This document shows, piece after piece, positions 38,544 through 46,851 of a stretch of 64,000 nt of DNA. The notes under the pieces are model-generated. The model did no database searches. It saw nothing but the letters and a program-made list of their open reading frames with translations, and was not told where the DNA came from. The translations under genes and the position numbers were made by a program. This DNA comes from Gammaproteobacteria bacterium (lineage in GTDB: Bacteria; Pseudomonadota; Gammaproteobacteria; SG8-11): assembly GCA_031363085.1 (NCBI GenBank), contig JANLTU010000203.1:5544-69543 (forward strand), read 5' to 3'. Every line of letters starts with the position of its first letter. The first letter of the stretch is position 1.

Positions 38544-38563
38544 GTGGCCACAGATTGGCCACA
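38544..38563. promoter_or_regulatory. Candidate integrase arm-type sites (GTGGCCACA / TTGGCCACA), attL side
   Basis: The 13-mer CAGATTGGCCACA (38551-38563) recurs at 46289-46301 near attR. Confidence 0.4.
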
Positions 38564-38575
38564 GGAAATGTAAAC

Positions 38576-39928
38576 ATGGCACGTGAAAGCAAGCGAACCA
38601 GCATCACAGAAAGCGCCGCAAGCAAGTTCTCCAGCACCGCGAACGAAGGCGCGATGCTTAGTTGCACCATCAACACCGGCCTGCATCTAATTCGTTTGCG
38701 GGGCGGCTGCGTGTGGCGTTATCGGTACACGTCGACTATCGACAAAAAGCGCCACGTCAAGACCATAGGAAAATTTCCCGCTGTGTTGCCGCAAGCTGCC
38801 GCTGCTCAAGCTGCGCAATGGGCCATGAGTGACGCCGACCCGATCAAGGATCGCAAAACGAAGTGGGAGCACGCACAAGCCGACGAAAAAGCGCGGGAGG
38901 GCAAAACCTTGCGCCGCTATCTTGATGGGCGCTACAGCAAGACCCTGGACACGTGGCCGCTTGAGTCCGCGAAGTTGGATCGTAGCCGACTAAAGCAAAA
39001 CTTCGCGGATCTGCTGGATCGACCGATGGATGAAATCACCCGTCAAGATTTGCGCGATTGGCAGGATAGTTTTGAGGGCAAATACACCTCGCTAAAGCGC
39101 GCTTATACGTCGCTGAAGACGTTGCTTCGACAGGCCGTCCGCGATGAGGTGATAAAATCCGATCCACTTGAAGGGTTCAAGCTTGACGCGCCGAGTAGCA
39201 AAGAACAGGCGCGCATCGAATCTGACCCCGGCAAAGAAAAGCGCCGGATATTGACGCCGAATGAGATTGAACGACTTCACATCGGGTTAGAAGCCTTCGC
39301 CGAGGAAATAAGAGCGGGGCGCAGAAATAGCCGCAAGCATGGCAAACCGCACCTGCCGGACCTTGACATTGTGGCGTATCCGCATTGGTTTGTTCCGTTC
39401 GCACATTTTGCTTTTCATTCAGGCTTGCGCACTGGCGATTTGGTTTCGTTGACGTGGGAAGAATTGAACGTTCCATTTTCACGAATGAAAAAAGCAGCAA
39501 GCAAGTCATCGACCGTGGCGCGTCGTCGCGGTGGTAAAGCGGCAATAGTCGAAATGAAGCTTAATGAACGCATCGCGGGGATTATGCGTTCATGGTGGGA
39601 GCAACACGGCAAACCATCGGGCGGGCTTGTGTTCCCGTCGCCAGTAACGGGCCAGCAATTGGACCGCACAGCGAACAAGAAGCCGTGGGTGCACGTTAAG
39701 AAATTCGCCGGACTGCCTGCCGGGCTTGACTTTTATGCGCTACGTCATCACTTCGTTTCGTCGTTGTTGGCGCAAGGGGTTCCATTACTAACAGTCGCCA
39801 GACTCGCAGGACACAAAAGCACTCAGATGATTGAGCAGCATTATGGGCACATATGTCCCGATCAAGCGACGCTTGCCGTTGACGTGCTAGCTAAACAGGT
39901 GGACTTTAGCAAACGGGGTGCGGCATGA
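38576..39928 (+). CDS. int: Tyrosine-type site-specific integrase
   Basis: ATG 38576. FHSGLRTGDLVSLTWEEL (Arg), YALRHHFVSSLL (HxxR) and LAGHKSTQMIEQHYGH (His/Tyr). Confidence 0.88.
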   Translation: MARESKRTSITESAASKFSSTANEGAMLSCTINTGLHLIRLRGGCVWRYRYTSTIDKKRHVKTIGKFPAVLPQAAAAQAAQWAMSDADPIKDRKTKWEHAQADEKAREGKTLRRYLDGRYSKTLDTWPLESAKLDRSRLKQNFADLLDRPMDEITRQDLRDWQDSFEGKYTSLKRAYTSLKTLLRQAVRDEVIKSDPLEGFKLDAPSSKEQARIESDPGKEKRRILTPNEIERLHIGLEAFAEEIRAGRRNSRKHGKPHLPDLDIVAYPHWFVPFAHFAFHSGLRTGDLVSLTWEELNVPFSRMKKAASKSSTVARRRGGKAAIVEMKLNERIAGIMRSWWEQHGKPSGGLVFPSPVTGQQLDRTANKKPWVHVKKFAGLPAGLDFYALRHHFVSSLLAQGVPLLTVARLAGHKSTQMIEQHYGHICPDQATLAVDVLAKQVDFSKRGAA

Positions 39929-40359
39929 CTGCGCTAAGTCTAATCAAGAAAATAGCGGGCCACGAAGCACGGCTGGCTACGATAAAGGCGGAAATTGTCG
40001 CGCAATTCGGCACAAACCCGCCCGACAATATCGCGTGGCGAATCAACAAAATTGAACTGGCGATGCCGCGCAAGGTGGAGCGAGCAGTTAGCGAACAAAT
40101 ACGACTGTTAATCACCGAGGTTGAAACGCTTTTGCTGTTTGCCGACGCCGTGCGCGGTGGGCAGTCGAGATCCGGGGCAAGTGCTGGCGGCAAACTTAGG
40201 CGCGACTCCAAACGCAAAACGGCGGGTCTTGACGACCGGGATGCGAAAATAGTTAAACAGCGTGGAAATGGCGAACTGCTGAAGACAATCGCAGCTCGAC
40301 ACGGAATCTGTTCACGCACGGTCAGTGCCATATTGAAGAAACAAAAAACGGAAGTGTAG
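39925..40359 (+). CDS. Hypothetical protein with C-terminal HTH (resolvase/Hin-like helix-turn-helix)
   Basis: Its ATG overlaps the integrase TGA (ATGA). C-terminus DAKIVKQRGNGELLKTIAARHGICSRTVSAILKK. Confidence 0.5.
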   Translation: MTALSLIKKIAGHEARLATIKAEIVAQFGTNPPDNIAWRINKIELAMPRKVERAVSEQIRLLITEVETLLLFADAVRGGQSRSGASAGGKLRRDSKRKTAGLDDRDAKIVKQRGNGELLKTIAARHGICSRTVSAILKKQKTEV

Positions 40360-40409
40360 GGGGCACGCTTCTGTCGCTTCGGTTTCAACTGTGCGCCTAA
40401 ACAACAAAG

Positions 40410-40619
40410 GTGCTCAGCGTGACACATACTACACAAGCGTTTTACCGGCCAGCCGATGCTGCGCTGTATCTCGGAATGGGGCGTACGAAGTTACACGACC
40501 TCAGCGAATCAGATCCCACATTCCCGCGAAAAATTCGCATCTCTTCTCGTTGCGTAGGTTGGCGCAAAGCCGACCTTGACTTATGGCTTGATGCCAAAGC
40601 GCGGGCGGTGGCGGCATGA
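40410..40619 (+). CDS. alpA: AlpA-family transcriptional regulator / excisionase-like
   Basis: YRPADAALYLGMGRTKLHDLSESDPTFPRKIRISSRCVGWRKADLDLWL is the typical AlpA/Xis HTH pattern. Confidence 0.75.
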   Translation: MLSVTHTTQAFYRPADAALYLGMGRTKLHDLSESDPTFPRKIRISSRCVGWRKADLDLWLDAKARAVAA

Positions 40620-40722
40620 TCTATAAAATGAAAACCCCCGGACCGGAGGGCGGTTTCGGGGGCGGAACCAAATCAACAGCAAGCGCCCAAATACTACATT
40701 TTCCCCTGAAAAATCGCAAGCC

Positions 40723-40983
40723 GTGTTGTCGTGCACCGTGCTACCAATTCCGGCTCGAAGCGCATCGGAGGGCCAGCCGATGACACTCGCCACCGTAAAA
40801 ATGGAATTTTTCTGGCATCTGATCGCGTCGACGAATCGGGAAATTATTCTATATCTGTCGGGCCTTCCGCGTGTTCAATGGATCGACATTGTCCACTGTG
40901 AATGGCAACACCTGCGCCCGCATATCCAAGACGCAATTCTTGGTGTGCTGAAATCGTGTTCACAGCGGGAGGCTCAAATATGA
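40723..40983 (+). CDS. Hypothetical small protein
   Basis: The ORF stop overlaps the next ATG (ATGA at 40980-40983). No recognised motif. Confidence 0.3.
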   Translation: MLSCTVLPIPARSASEGQPMTLATVKMEFFWHLIASTNREIILYLSGLPRVQWIDIVHCEWQHLRPHIQDAILGVLKSCSQREAQI

Positions 40984-42095
40984 GAGCCACCGACTTTGCA
41001 CATCACGACACGTACGGCCTGACGGCATCGGAGCTGCTGGCACTGGACGCGCCACCAGAAACAGGCTTTCGGCTCATTCGTGCGGGCGACTTAAAGCTAA
41101 GCGCGCCGGACTGGATCATCCGCAACGTAATTGAGCGCGACACGCTGGCCGTCGTGTTTGGCGACTTTGCGGCCTGTAAGTCGTTTTTCGCCTTTGATAT
41201 CGGGTTCAGCATCGCGACCGGAACGGCGTTTCATGGCGCAACTGTCAAGCAAGGGCCGGTTATTTACATCGCGGGCGAAGGGCATGGCGGACTTGCGCGA
41301 AGACGTACTGCATGGGCCATTGCGCATGGCGTGAACGTGGACGATGCGCCGTTGTATTTCAGTACCACGGCAATGTCGATGCTTGACCCTTCAAGTCTTG
41401 AAGATGTCATCGAAAAAATATCAGTAATCGCAAGCGAACACGGCAATCCGCTAATCGTCATCATTGACACCGTGGCTCGCAACTTTGGGGCAGGCGACGA
41501 AAACAGTACGGGCGACATGACGCGATTCATTGCAGGCTGTGACCGCATACGCACGCGCTACGGCTGCGCTGTGATGTTAGTGCACCACACGGGGCATGGT
41601 GACAAGACGCGAGGCCGTGGGTCAATTGTGCTGCCCGCCAGCGTTGAAACTGCGATCCGTTTGGATAAAGACGACACCGGCACTATTCGCGCTGAGTTTA
41701 CGAAAATGAAAGATGGCGCACTACCCGAGCCGAGGGCGTTTAAGTTTCGCGTGGTGGAGCTGCCAATCGTGGACGACGAGGGCCTGCCGATCACGTCCGG
41801 CGTGCTGGTTCGCACAGACTACGAAGCGCCGAAAGCCTTGGGCAAAAAAGGCAGCGGCAAATGGCAAACCGTGGCGCTGCGTTGTTTGGACGAAGTGACG
41901 AAGAGCCACTGCGAAACGAAACAGGCCGGAGGATATGACGGGGACACCGCACGCGTGACCGTGGATGACTGGCTCCAAGCGTGCGTTGACGCTGACATGC
42001 CGAAACGTAGTTTTTATAAGGTTCGCGATTCTTTACTGATTCTTTGCAAAGTGAAAATCGAGCACGGCTTCGTCACCATGGGCGAAAACCACTAA
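40980..42095 (+). CDS. AAA_25/RepA-like RecA-fold ATPase (replication protein of the element)
   Basis: ATG 40980. LAVVFGDFAACKSFFAFD (Walker A-like with Cys in place of the second Gly), LIVIIDTVARNFG (Walker B) and MLVHHTGHGDKTRGRGS. Confidence 0.7.
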   Translation: MRATDFAHHDTYGLTASELLALDAPPETGFRLIRAGDLKLSAPDWIIRNVIERDTLAVVFGDFAACKSFFAFDIGFSIATGTAFHGATVKQGPVIYIAGEGHGGLARRRTAWAIAHGVNVDDAPLYFSTTAMSMLDPSSLEDVIEKISVIASEHGNPLIVIIDTVARNFGAGDENSTGDMTRFIAGCDRIRTRYGCAVMLVHHTGHGDKTRGRGSIVLPASVETAIRLDKDDTGTIRAEFTKMKDGALPEPRAFKFRVVELPIVDDEGLPITSGVLVRTDYEAPKALGKKGSGKWQTVALRCLDEVTKSHCETKQAGGYDGDTARVTVDDWLQACVDADMPKRSFYKVRDSLLILCKVKIEHGFVTMGENH

Positions 42096-42106
42096 GCCAT
42101 GCGTAA

Positions 42107-42250
42107 TGTGCCCCGCCACCATTTTGTGCCCTTTTGTGCCCTTCTATAGAGAAAGGGCACAAAGGGCACACATGGAAGAGGTGAAAAGGGCGTAAACAGA
42201 CACAAAGGGCGCACCAAAGGGCACAGCAAAGGGCACAGAAAAGGGCACAA
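42107..42250. repeat. Iteron array: at least 9 copies of AAAGGGCAC(A)/TGTGCCCTT
   Basis: Inverted copies at 42107 (variant), 42125 and 42135. Direct copies at 42152, 42161, 42185 (variant), 42204 (variant), 42216, 42228 and 42240. The last four are phased exactly 12 bp apart. The array starts 12 nt after the Rep stop. Confidence 0.85.
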
Positions 42251-42444
42251 GTTGCAGGTTTGGGATTGGAGAATATGCGCAAACCCTTATGAACCATGGA
42301 CAACTGCCTTAGAGTAGCAGGTAAAATATCGTTTAACATGGCGTGTTATCTACTTAATAAGGTATTGATAATGTTTATTAGTGGCCAATCAGTGGCCAAC
42401 TGCGTACAATTGAGCTATGATTGACATTAAGTTAACGGGTTTAA

Positions 42445-42879
42445 ATGCAGGGGTTTGGTATGGGTAGGCCGTTTGAAAAGTTCCCGCCCGGCGCACGCGC
42501 TCACCTTGAGTCGATGGCCTGCAATGGCCTGCTTTCTGAATCCACCGCTGCTACCAGTTTAGGAATGCCACTGGCGCAATTCCGGCAAGTAGTCCGCGAT
42601 CACGCACCGTCACGTTTGGTGTGGGACAACGCGTTAGCAATCGAGCGCGACCAACTTCTGAAAGCCCTGTACGACAAGGCCGTGCAAGGCGACGTGAACG
42701 CGGCAAAGATTCTACTGGCCACACGCCACGGCATGAGCGAGAAGTCGCCTGTAGGGGCACAGGAGCGCGTCCAGATAGTGTTCCACTTGCCTGCCTCACT
42801 GAGTCCTGCCGACTACGCAAAACAGTTACAGCCTACCGTCCAGCAAATCGGCCACGACGATGAGCCAGACGCAGCTTAA
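42445..42879 (+). CDS. Putative small terminase / HTH DNA-binding protein
   Basis: Lies immediately upstream of terL and overlaps it. Predicted HTH (TAATSLGMPLAQFRQVV) and GDVNAAKILLATRHGM. Assignment is positional plus weak motif. Confidence 0.4.
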   Translation: MQGFGMGRPFEKFPPGARAHLESMACNGLLSESTAATSLGMPLAQFRQVVRDHAPSRLVWDNALAIERDQLLKALYDKAVQGDVNAAKILLATRHGMSEKSPVGAQERVQIVFHLPASLSPADYAKQLQPTVQQIGHDDEPDAA

Positions 42880-44275
42880 GGCCGATCAGCTAAGCCCTTG
42901 GCAAAGCCGAGCAATGGGCGTGCCTGAGACTTTCGATCTATTTCTCGGTGGTGGCAAAGGTGGCGGGAAATCACGACTGTTAGCTGCGATGTTCTTGCGC
43001 CATACAGAACAGTATGGTTCTCGCGCGCGTTGCCTTGTGATTCGCAGATCGTTCCCGGGCCTGACTGATATGGAATCAGAGTTGCGGCAGTATTTCCATG
43101 AAGTGTTCGGAGATGATCACTACAACGGGCAGAAACATTTGTTCAGTCTGCCAAACGGCGGCACCGTCCAGCTTGATCAGCTTGAGGGTGAGCCGGATAA
43201 GCTGAAATTCGCCGGTAAATCTTACACACATATCGCCGTCGATGAGGTTGGACAATACCCGAACCCTACCCTAGTTGACGGGCTTCGCGCATCGTTGAGA
43301 GCACCATCAGGAGTTCCTACAAGGGTTATTTTGCTGGGAAATCCTGGTGGTGTTGGTCATAGCTGGGCAGCGAAAAGGCATGCGTTACAGCAATCATGGG
43401 TGCCCTACACCGAGCCTGCTACCGGCGCGCAGTTCGTCACGATTGCATCAACCTTTCGCGACAACATTTTCATCGACAGGGAAAAGTACGCAGCTAACCT
43501 TCGCGCCGCATGCAGCAACGATCCCGAGCTAGCCGCAGCTTGGCTTGACGGCGACTGGACTGTTATTCGTGGCTCGTACTTCGCATCCGTGCTGGATGAG
43601 TACCGCAACATGTTTGAGCCGTGGCCGCACCTGCCCGATTCACTTGACTGTCCTCCCGGACACTTTCGCATTGGTCGCGATCCCGAGTGGCGCATATTCC
43701 TGTCGCACGATTGGGGGATGAGCGCACAAAGCTTGACATTTTTATGTGTCGAGTCGCCCGGCGCTGAAGTTTTCGGCAAATTCTATCCGCGTGGCTCCAT
43801 TCTGTTGCTGGATGAGCTGACCACTGCCGACAGTAACGACCCTACTAGGGGCCTTGGCTTGACAGTGCCAGAAGTTGCGGCACGGATTAAATCAATGTGT
43901 GACCAGTGGGGCGTGGCTCCCGAAGGCGTCGCCGACGATGCCATATTCAGCAAAACCGGAGCTGAAGCCGGATCAATTGCCGACGAATTCAGACGTGCTG
44001 GCGTCATATTCACTCGCGCTCGCAAAGGATCCCGCGTTGCAGGATGGTAACTAATGCGCCGTATGCTTGCCGACGCTGGAAAACCTGGCGTGCCCGGACT
44101 CTACATTGCCCGCAATTGCAGATATTTCTGGCAAACTGTGCCAAGCCTGCCCCGCGATCCACGTCGCGCTGAAGACGTTGATTCCGGCGCTGCCGATCAC
44201 GGGGCCGATGCTTGCCGATACGCGTTAAATCACGATGAGCCGGTATTTTTCACGGGGATCGGGAGCTCATGTTAG
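42860..44275 (+). pseudogene. terL: Terminase large subunit interrupted by a single in-frame TAA (44048-44050)
   Basis: Walker A LGGGKGGGKSRLL and Walker B HIAVDEVGQY. ORF 44054..44275 is in the same frame and encodes the nuclease C-terminus (DSGAADHGADACRYAL). Together about 470 codons. Confidence 0.8.
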
Positions 44276-44386
44276 CGTTATCGAAGTGACAGTTGTCGAC
44301 ATTAAAACAACACCAACCAGCGAGGATTTAAAATGAGCATCAAAAATAATGTCAAGCACGCACATCACTACGCCGAGGGTTAAAAA

Positions 44387-45103
44387 ATGAGCGACACAAC
44401 ATTTTCAAAAGTGCACATCGATCACGCCCCAAAAACAGGCTTGATAAAAACGATGCTGGAACGCGCCCGTGAGCACTACCCGAGCCCAAAACTGGTTCGT
44501 TTACACCTTAGCCTCGAAAGCGCCGGCAACGCGGTGCGGGCCTTCGAGCAGCTCGCCGCGAATCGCAGCCCGACCACGACGCCCGAGGCACACGCGCTGA
44601 AGGTTTCGGCGGCGTCCCAAAAGTTGGCCGACGCTGCCCTGCGCCTTGAGGCTGAGATTTTCACCGAGCACGCGCGACTACGCGCAAACTTCGACAGTGA
44701 GATCCGCTCCAAGGCGAAACTGGAGCCCTTGGCGAGTGGCGTGGAGATTAGACAGGCGATGCGCCAAATGTCCGAAAAGGATCGCATGACCGCTGTTTCC
44801 AAAGCATTCAAGGATGGCGATCATGAGGTGCTGAGCGCGTTGATAAACGGCAACTTGATCACAACGTCAATACATGACTCCTTGAGAAAAGATTACACCG
44901 AGCAATTTGAGATTCGAATGGCGCCCGAGCTGGTAACCGAACGGGCGCAGCTTGACGGATTGCTCCAGGACAGCTCGCACCCGTTGCGGCAGGCGCGCCA
45001 AGTTGCGAAAGACTCGACGGACCTAAAATACATTTCTGAAATTCAAAAAGCAGCCGATGCCGCTTCGAAAATAGAGTCTGACTTTGAAGCGAGCATTTCA
45101 TGA
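44387..45103 (+). CDS. Hypothetical alpha-helical protein
   Basis: 238 aa, GAGG RBS, coding-like composition. No recognised motif. Confidence 0.45.
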   Translation: MSDTTFSKVHIDHAPKTGLIKTMLERAREHYPSPKLVRLHLSLESAGNAVRAFEQLAANRSPTTTPEAHALKVSAASQKLADAALRLEAEIFTEHARLRANFDSEIRSKAKLEPLASGVEIRQAMRQMSEKDRMTAVSKAFKDGDHEVLSALINGNLITTSIHDSLRKDYTEQFEIRMAPELVTERAQLDGLLQDSSHPLRQARQVAKDSTDLKYISEIQKAADAASKIESDFEASIS

Positions 45104-45288
45104 AACACAAACGTGTCACAACAATCCCCGGTCCGGGCGGCCAAGCGCAAGGCAAGCCGCCTACGTCATCGCTTAGTCAAGCGGCCAAGCGCCTTGTGCG
45201 CTTAGGGGGTTTGCCGGAACCTAAGCCATTTGATCCTTGAATAGTTTCCTCGTAGGTTGGTCTTGCCGCGCTCGAAAGGGTGCGGCCT

Positions 45289-45837
45289 TTATTTTTGGGT
45301 AGAGGGTAAAACCGCCGTCAACTTGTGAAGGTCAACGAACATGATCGGATGTTTGTTTTTCTCTTCCGACTCAAGCATCGTGAAGCCGCACTTCTTATAG
45401 AAACTAACCGCGCTGTGCTTTGCGTCCGTAACCAAGAAACGACACCCAGCGTGGGGCATGATGTTTTCGACAACGTGACGAATACACCAGTCCATCACGG
45501 TGCGACCGTAACCGCCACGCTGTAAATCGTTGTGGACCGCCAAACGTGCGATCTTGATCGCGGGGAACGTGGTGTATTTGTTCGCGTCACCGCAATCGTC
45601 CAGCCGTGTACTGGCTTCGTTTTTTATCTCACTGCAAACGAGGGTGAGATACCCTTGAACTCGCGAGTCATCCGGTGAGTCAACGAGTACGAATGTTTTT
45701 GCGACGTTCTTGCGATGGTAGTCCTTCGCCTGTTTCTTGAGGAAAGACTTAAGCGGCTGGGCTTCTGGGGTTCCGAGGGAAAACTTGCCGGTATCGTCGC
45801 CGGGTCTTATCGGTCTGAGAAAGAATGCGTCGGGCAA
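45289..45837 (-). CDS. GNAT-family acetyltransferase, TacT/KacT/AtaT-type toxin-like
   Basis: GKFSLGTPEAQPLKSFLKKQAKDY...GYLTLVCSEI...PAIKIARLAVHNDLQRGGYGRTVM...FYKKCGF matches the layout of GNAT toxins. Confidence 0.65.
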   Translation of the reverse strand: MPDAFFLRPIRPGDDTGKFSLGTPEAQPLKSFLKKQAKDYHRKNVAKTFVLVDSPDDSRVQGYLTLVCSEIKNEASTRLDDCGDANKYTTFPAIKIARLAVHNDLQRGGYGRTVMDWCIRHVVENIMPHAGCRFLVTDAKHSAVSFYKKCGFTMLESEEKNKHPIMFVDLHKLTAVLPSTQK

Positions 45838-45864
45838 TCTCTTGCGCCCCTGTTTTATCCGCGA

Positions 45865-46047
45865 CTACTTCTTAGGCTTGATTGTGGCGTAACCCTTGCT
45901 GTTGAATTCATCTACAAGCGATTTTCCGCGCGCGTACGAATCCCGTGCGGCCTGCTTTGGGCGGCCATGTGTTACTTGGCGATCAAACGCTTTCGCGTCA
46001 TTCCCGCTAATTGTGATTCCACCGAACACAGACGTCTTAACACTCAT
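45865..46047 (-). CDS. Small protein upstream of the GNAT toxin; putative cognate antitoxin (not DUF1778-like)
   Basis: 60 aa, 27 nt upstream of the toxin gene on the same strand. No resemblance to TacA/AtaR-type RHH antitoxins that I can see. Confidence 0.35.
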   Translation of the reverse strand: MSVKTSVFGGITISGNDAKAFDRQVTHGRPKQAARDSYARGKSLVDEFNSKGYATIKPKK

Positions 46048-46260
46048 GACCGTTTCCCTGCTGCTTGTAGTTCTATGTCGGACAACATACCGCTAATGTT
46101 AGCGCGATTCCGAGACTCCCGCTATAGCGTACGCTACGATTCGTTCAATATGTTCCTGTGGATGGTGGGAAATATCGACGCGCCAAGTTGCTACTTGATC
46201 GGACTTTGACGCCGAACTGCTTGGCGATGGCGTGCGTGAATTTGCGGCGGGTGGTGCAGG

Positions 46261-46322
46261 GTGGCCACACGCCACCCCCATTTGGCTACAGATTGGCCAC
46301 AAGCTTCGGTTCTTTGTGGCCA
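46261..46322. promoter_or_regulatory. Candidate integrase arm-type sites, attR side
   Basis: GTGGCCACA (46261), TTGGCTACA (46282), TTGGCCACA (46293) and inverted TGTGGCCA (46315). Shares CAGATTGGCCACA with the attL side. Confidence 0.4.
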
Positions 46323-46378
46323 GACGTAAAAAAGCCACCCCCGATATGTTGGTAAGTGGCTGATTTACTACTTCTTTT

Positions 46379-46453
46379 TGGTGGGCGATGCAGGGATTGA
46401 ACCTGCGACCCCTGCCGTGTGAAGGCAGTGCTCTCCCGCTGAGCTAATCGCCC
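46379..46453 (-). tRNA. tRNA-Val (anticodon CAC)
   Basis: Reverse complement GGGCGATTAGCTCAGCGGGAGAGCACTGCCTTCACACGGCAGGGGTCGCAGGTTCAATCCCTGCATCGCCCACCA. 7-bp acceptor stem, anticodon loop TTCACAC, encoded CCA. Its 3' 45 nt form attR. Confidence 0.9.
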
Positions 46454-46544
46454 GTTTCGAAGGCGTGAATTCTAAGGGCAGGTGGTGCACAGGTCAAATA
46501 TAAGTACCCGATATTACGCAGCGCCTTTAAAAAATCATCGGCAA

Positions 46545-46848
46545 CTTTTCAGCCACGATGATCGACGCCTGTTGCAGAAATTCCAGATGCAATGTTGGAG
46601 CCGTAAGGGCAACTGCTATGACAATGCGCCGATGGAAAGCTTCTGGGGCACACTCAAGAATGAACTTACGCATCGCCGACGTTACGAAACGCGCGCCCAG
46701 GTGGTACCGAGTACATCGAGTTTTTCTACAACCGTCAACGACGGCATTCGAAGCTCGGTTACTTGGCTCCAGCGGTGTCCGCACAGAAATGTCAACAACA
46801 GGCGGTTGCGTGATGGGTATGGCGTCCACTATTGACGACCGACCTCAG
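46545..46848 (+). pseudogene. IS3-family transposase (OrfB) C-terminal fragment, frameshifted
   Basis: SRKGNCYDNAPMESFWGTLKNEL, then in another frame EYIEFFYNRQRRHSKLGYLAPA, with stop at 46811-46813. The 5' two-thirds of the IS are absent. Confidence 0.75.
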
Positions 46849-46851
46849 ATT

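Larger units (their letters stand above)
38405..46423. mobile_element. ~8.0-kb tRNA-Val-integrated element (phage-satellite-like or prophage remnant)
   Basis: Bounded by perfect 45-bp direct repeats. Carries a tyrosine integrase, AlpA-like excisionase, RepA-like ATPase, iterons, terS-like gene, broken terL and a TA pair. Visibly more AT-rich than the flanks. Confidence 0.85.

Noticed and set aside
42107-42250. Considered whether the short-repeat array is a CRISPR
   Set aside because: The repeat unit is only 9-10 bp with 2-3 bp between phased copies, it includes inverted copies, and no cas genes are present. An iteron origin fits much better.
42073-42339. 88-aa minus-strand ORF with the repetitive CALFCALCCALWCALC sequence
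   Set aside because: It is simply the translation of the iteron repeats. There is no evidence that it is a gene.
44054-44275. 73-aa ORF as an independent gene
   Set aside because: It is in frame with the upstream terL ORF, separated from it by TAA-CTA only, and encodes the terminase nuclease C-terminal motif. It is treated as part of a terL pseudogene.
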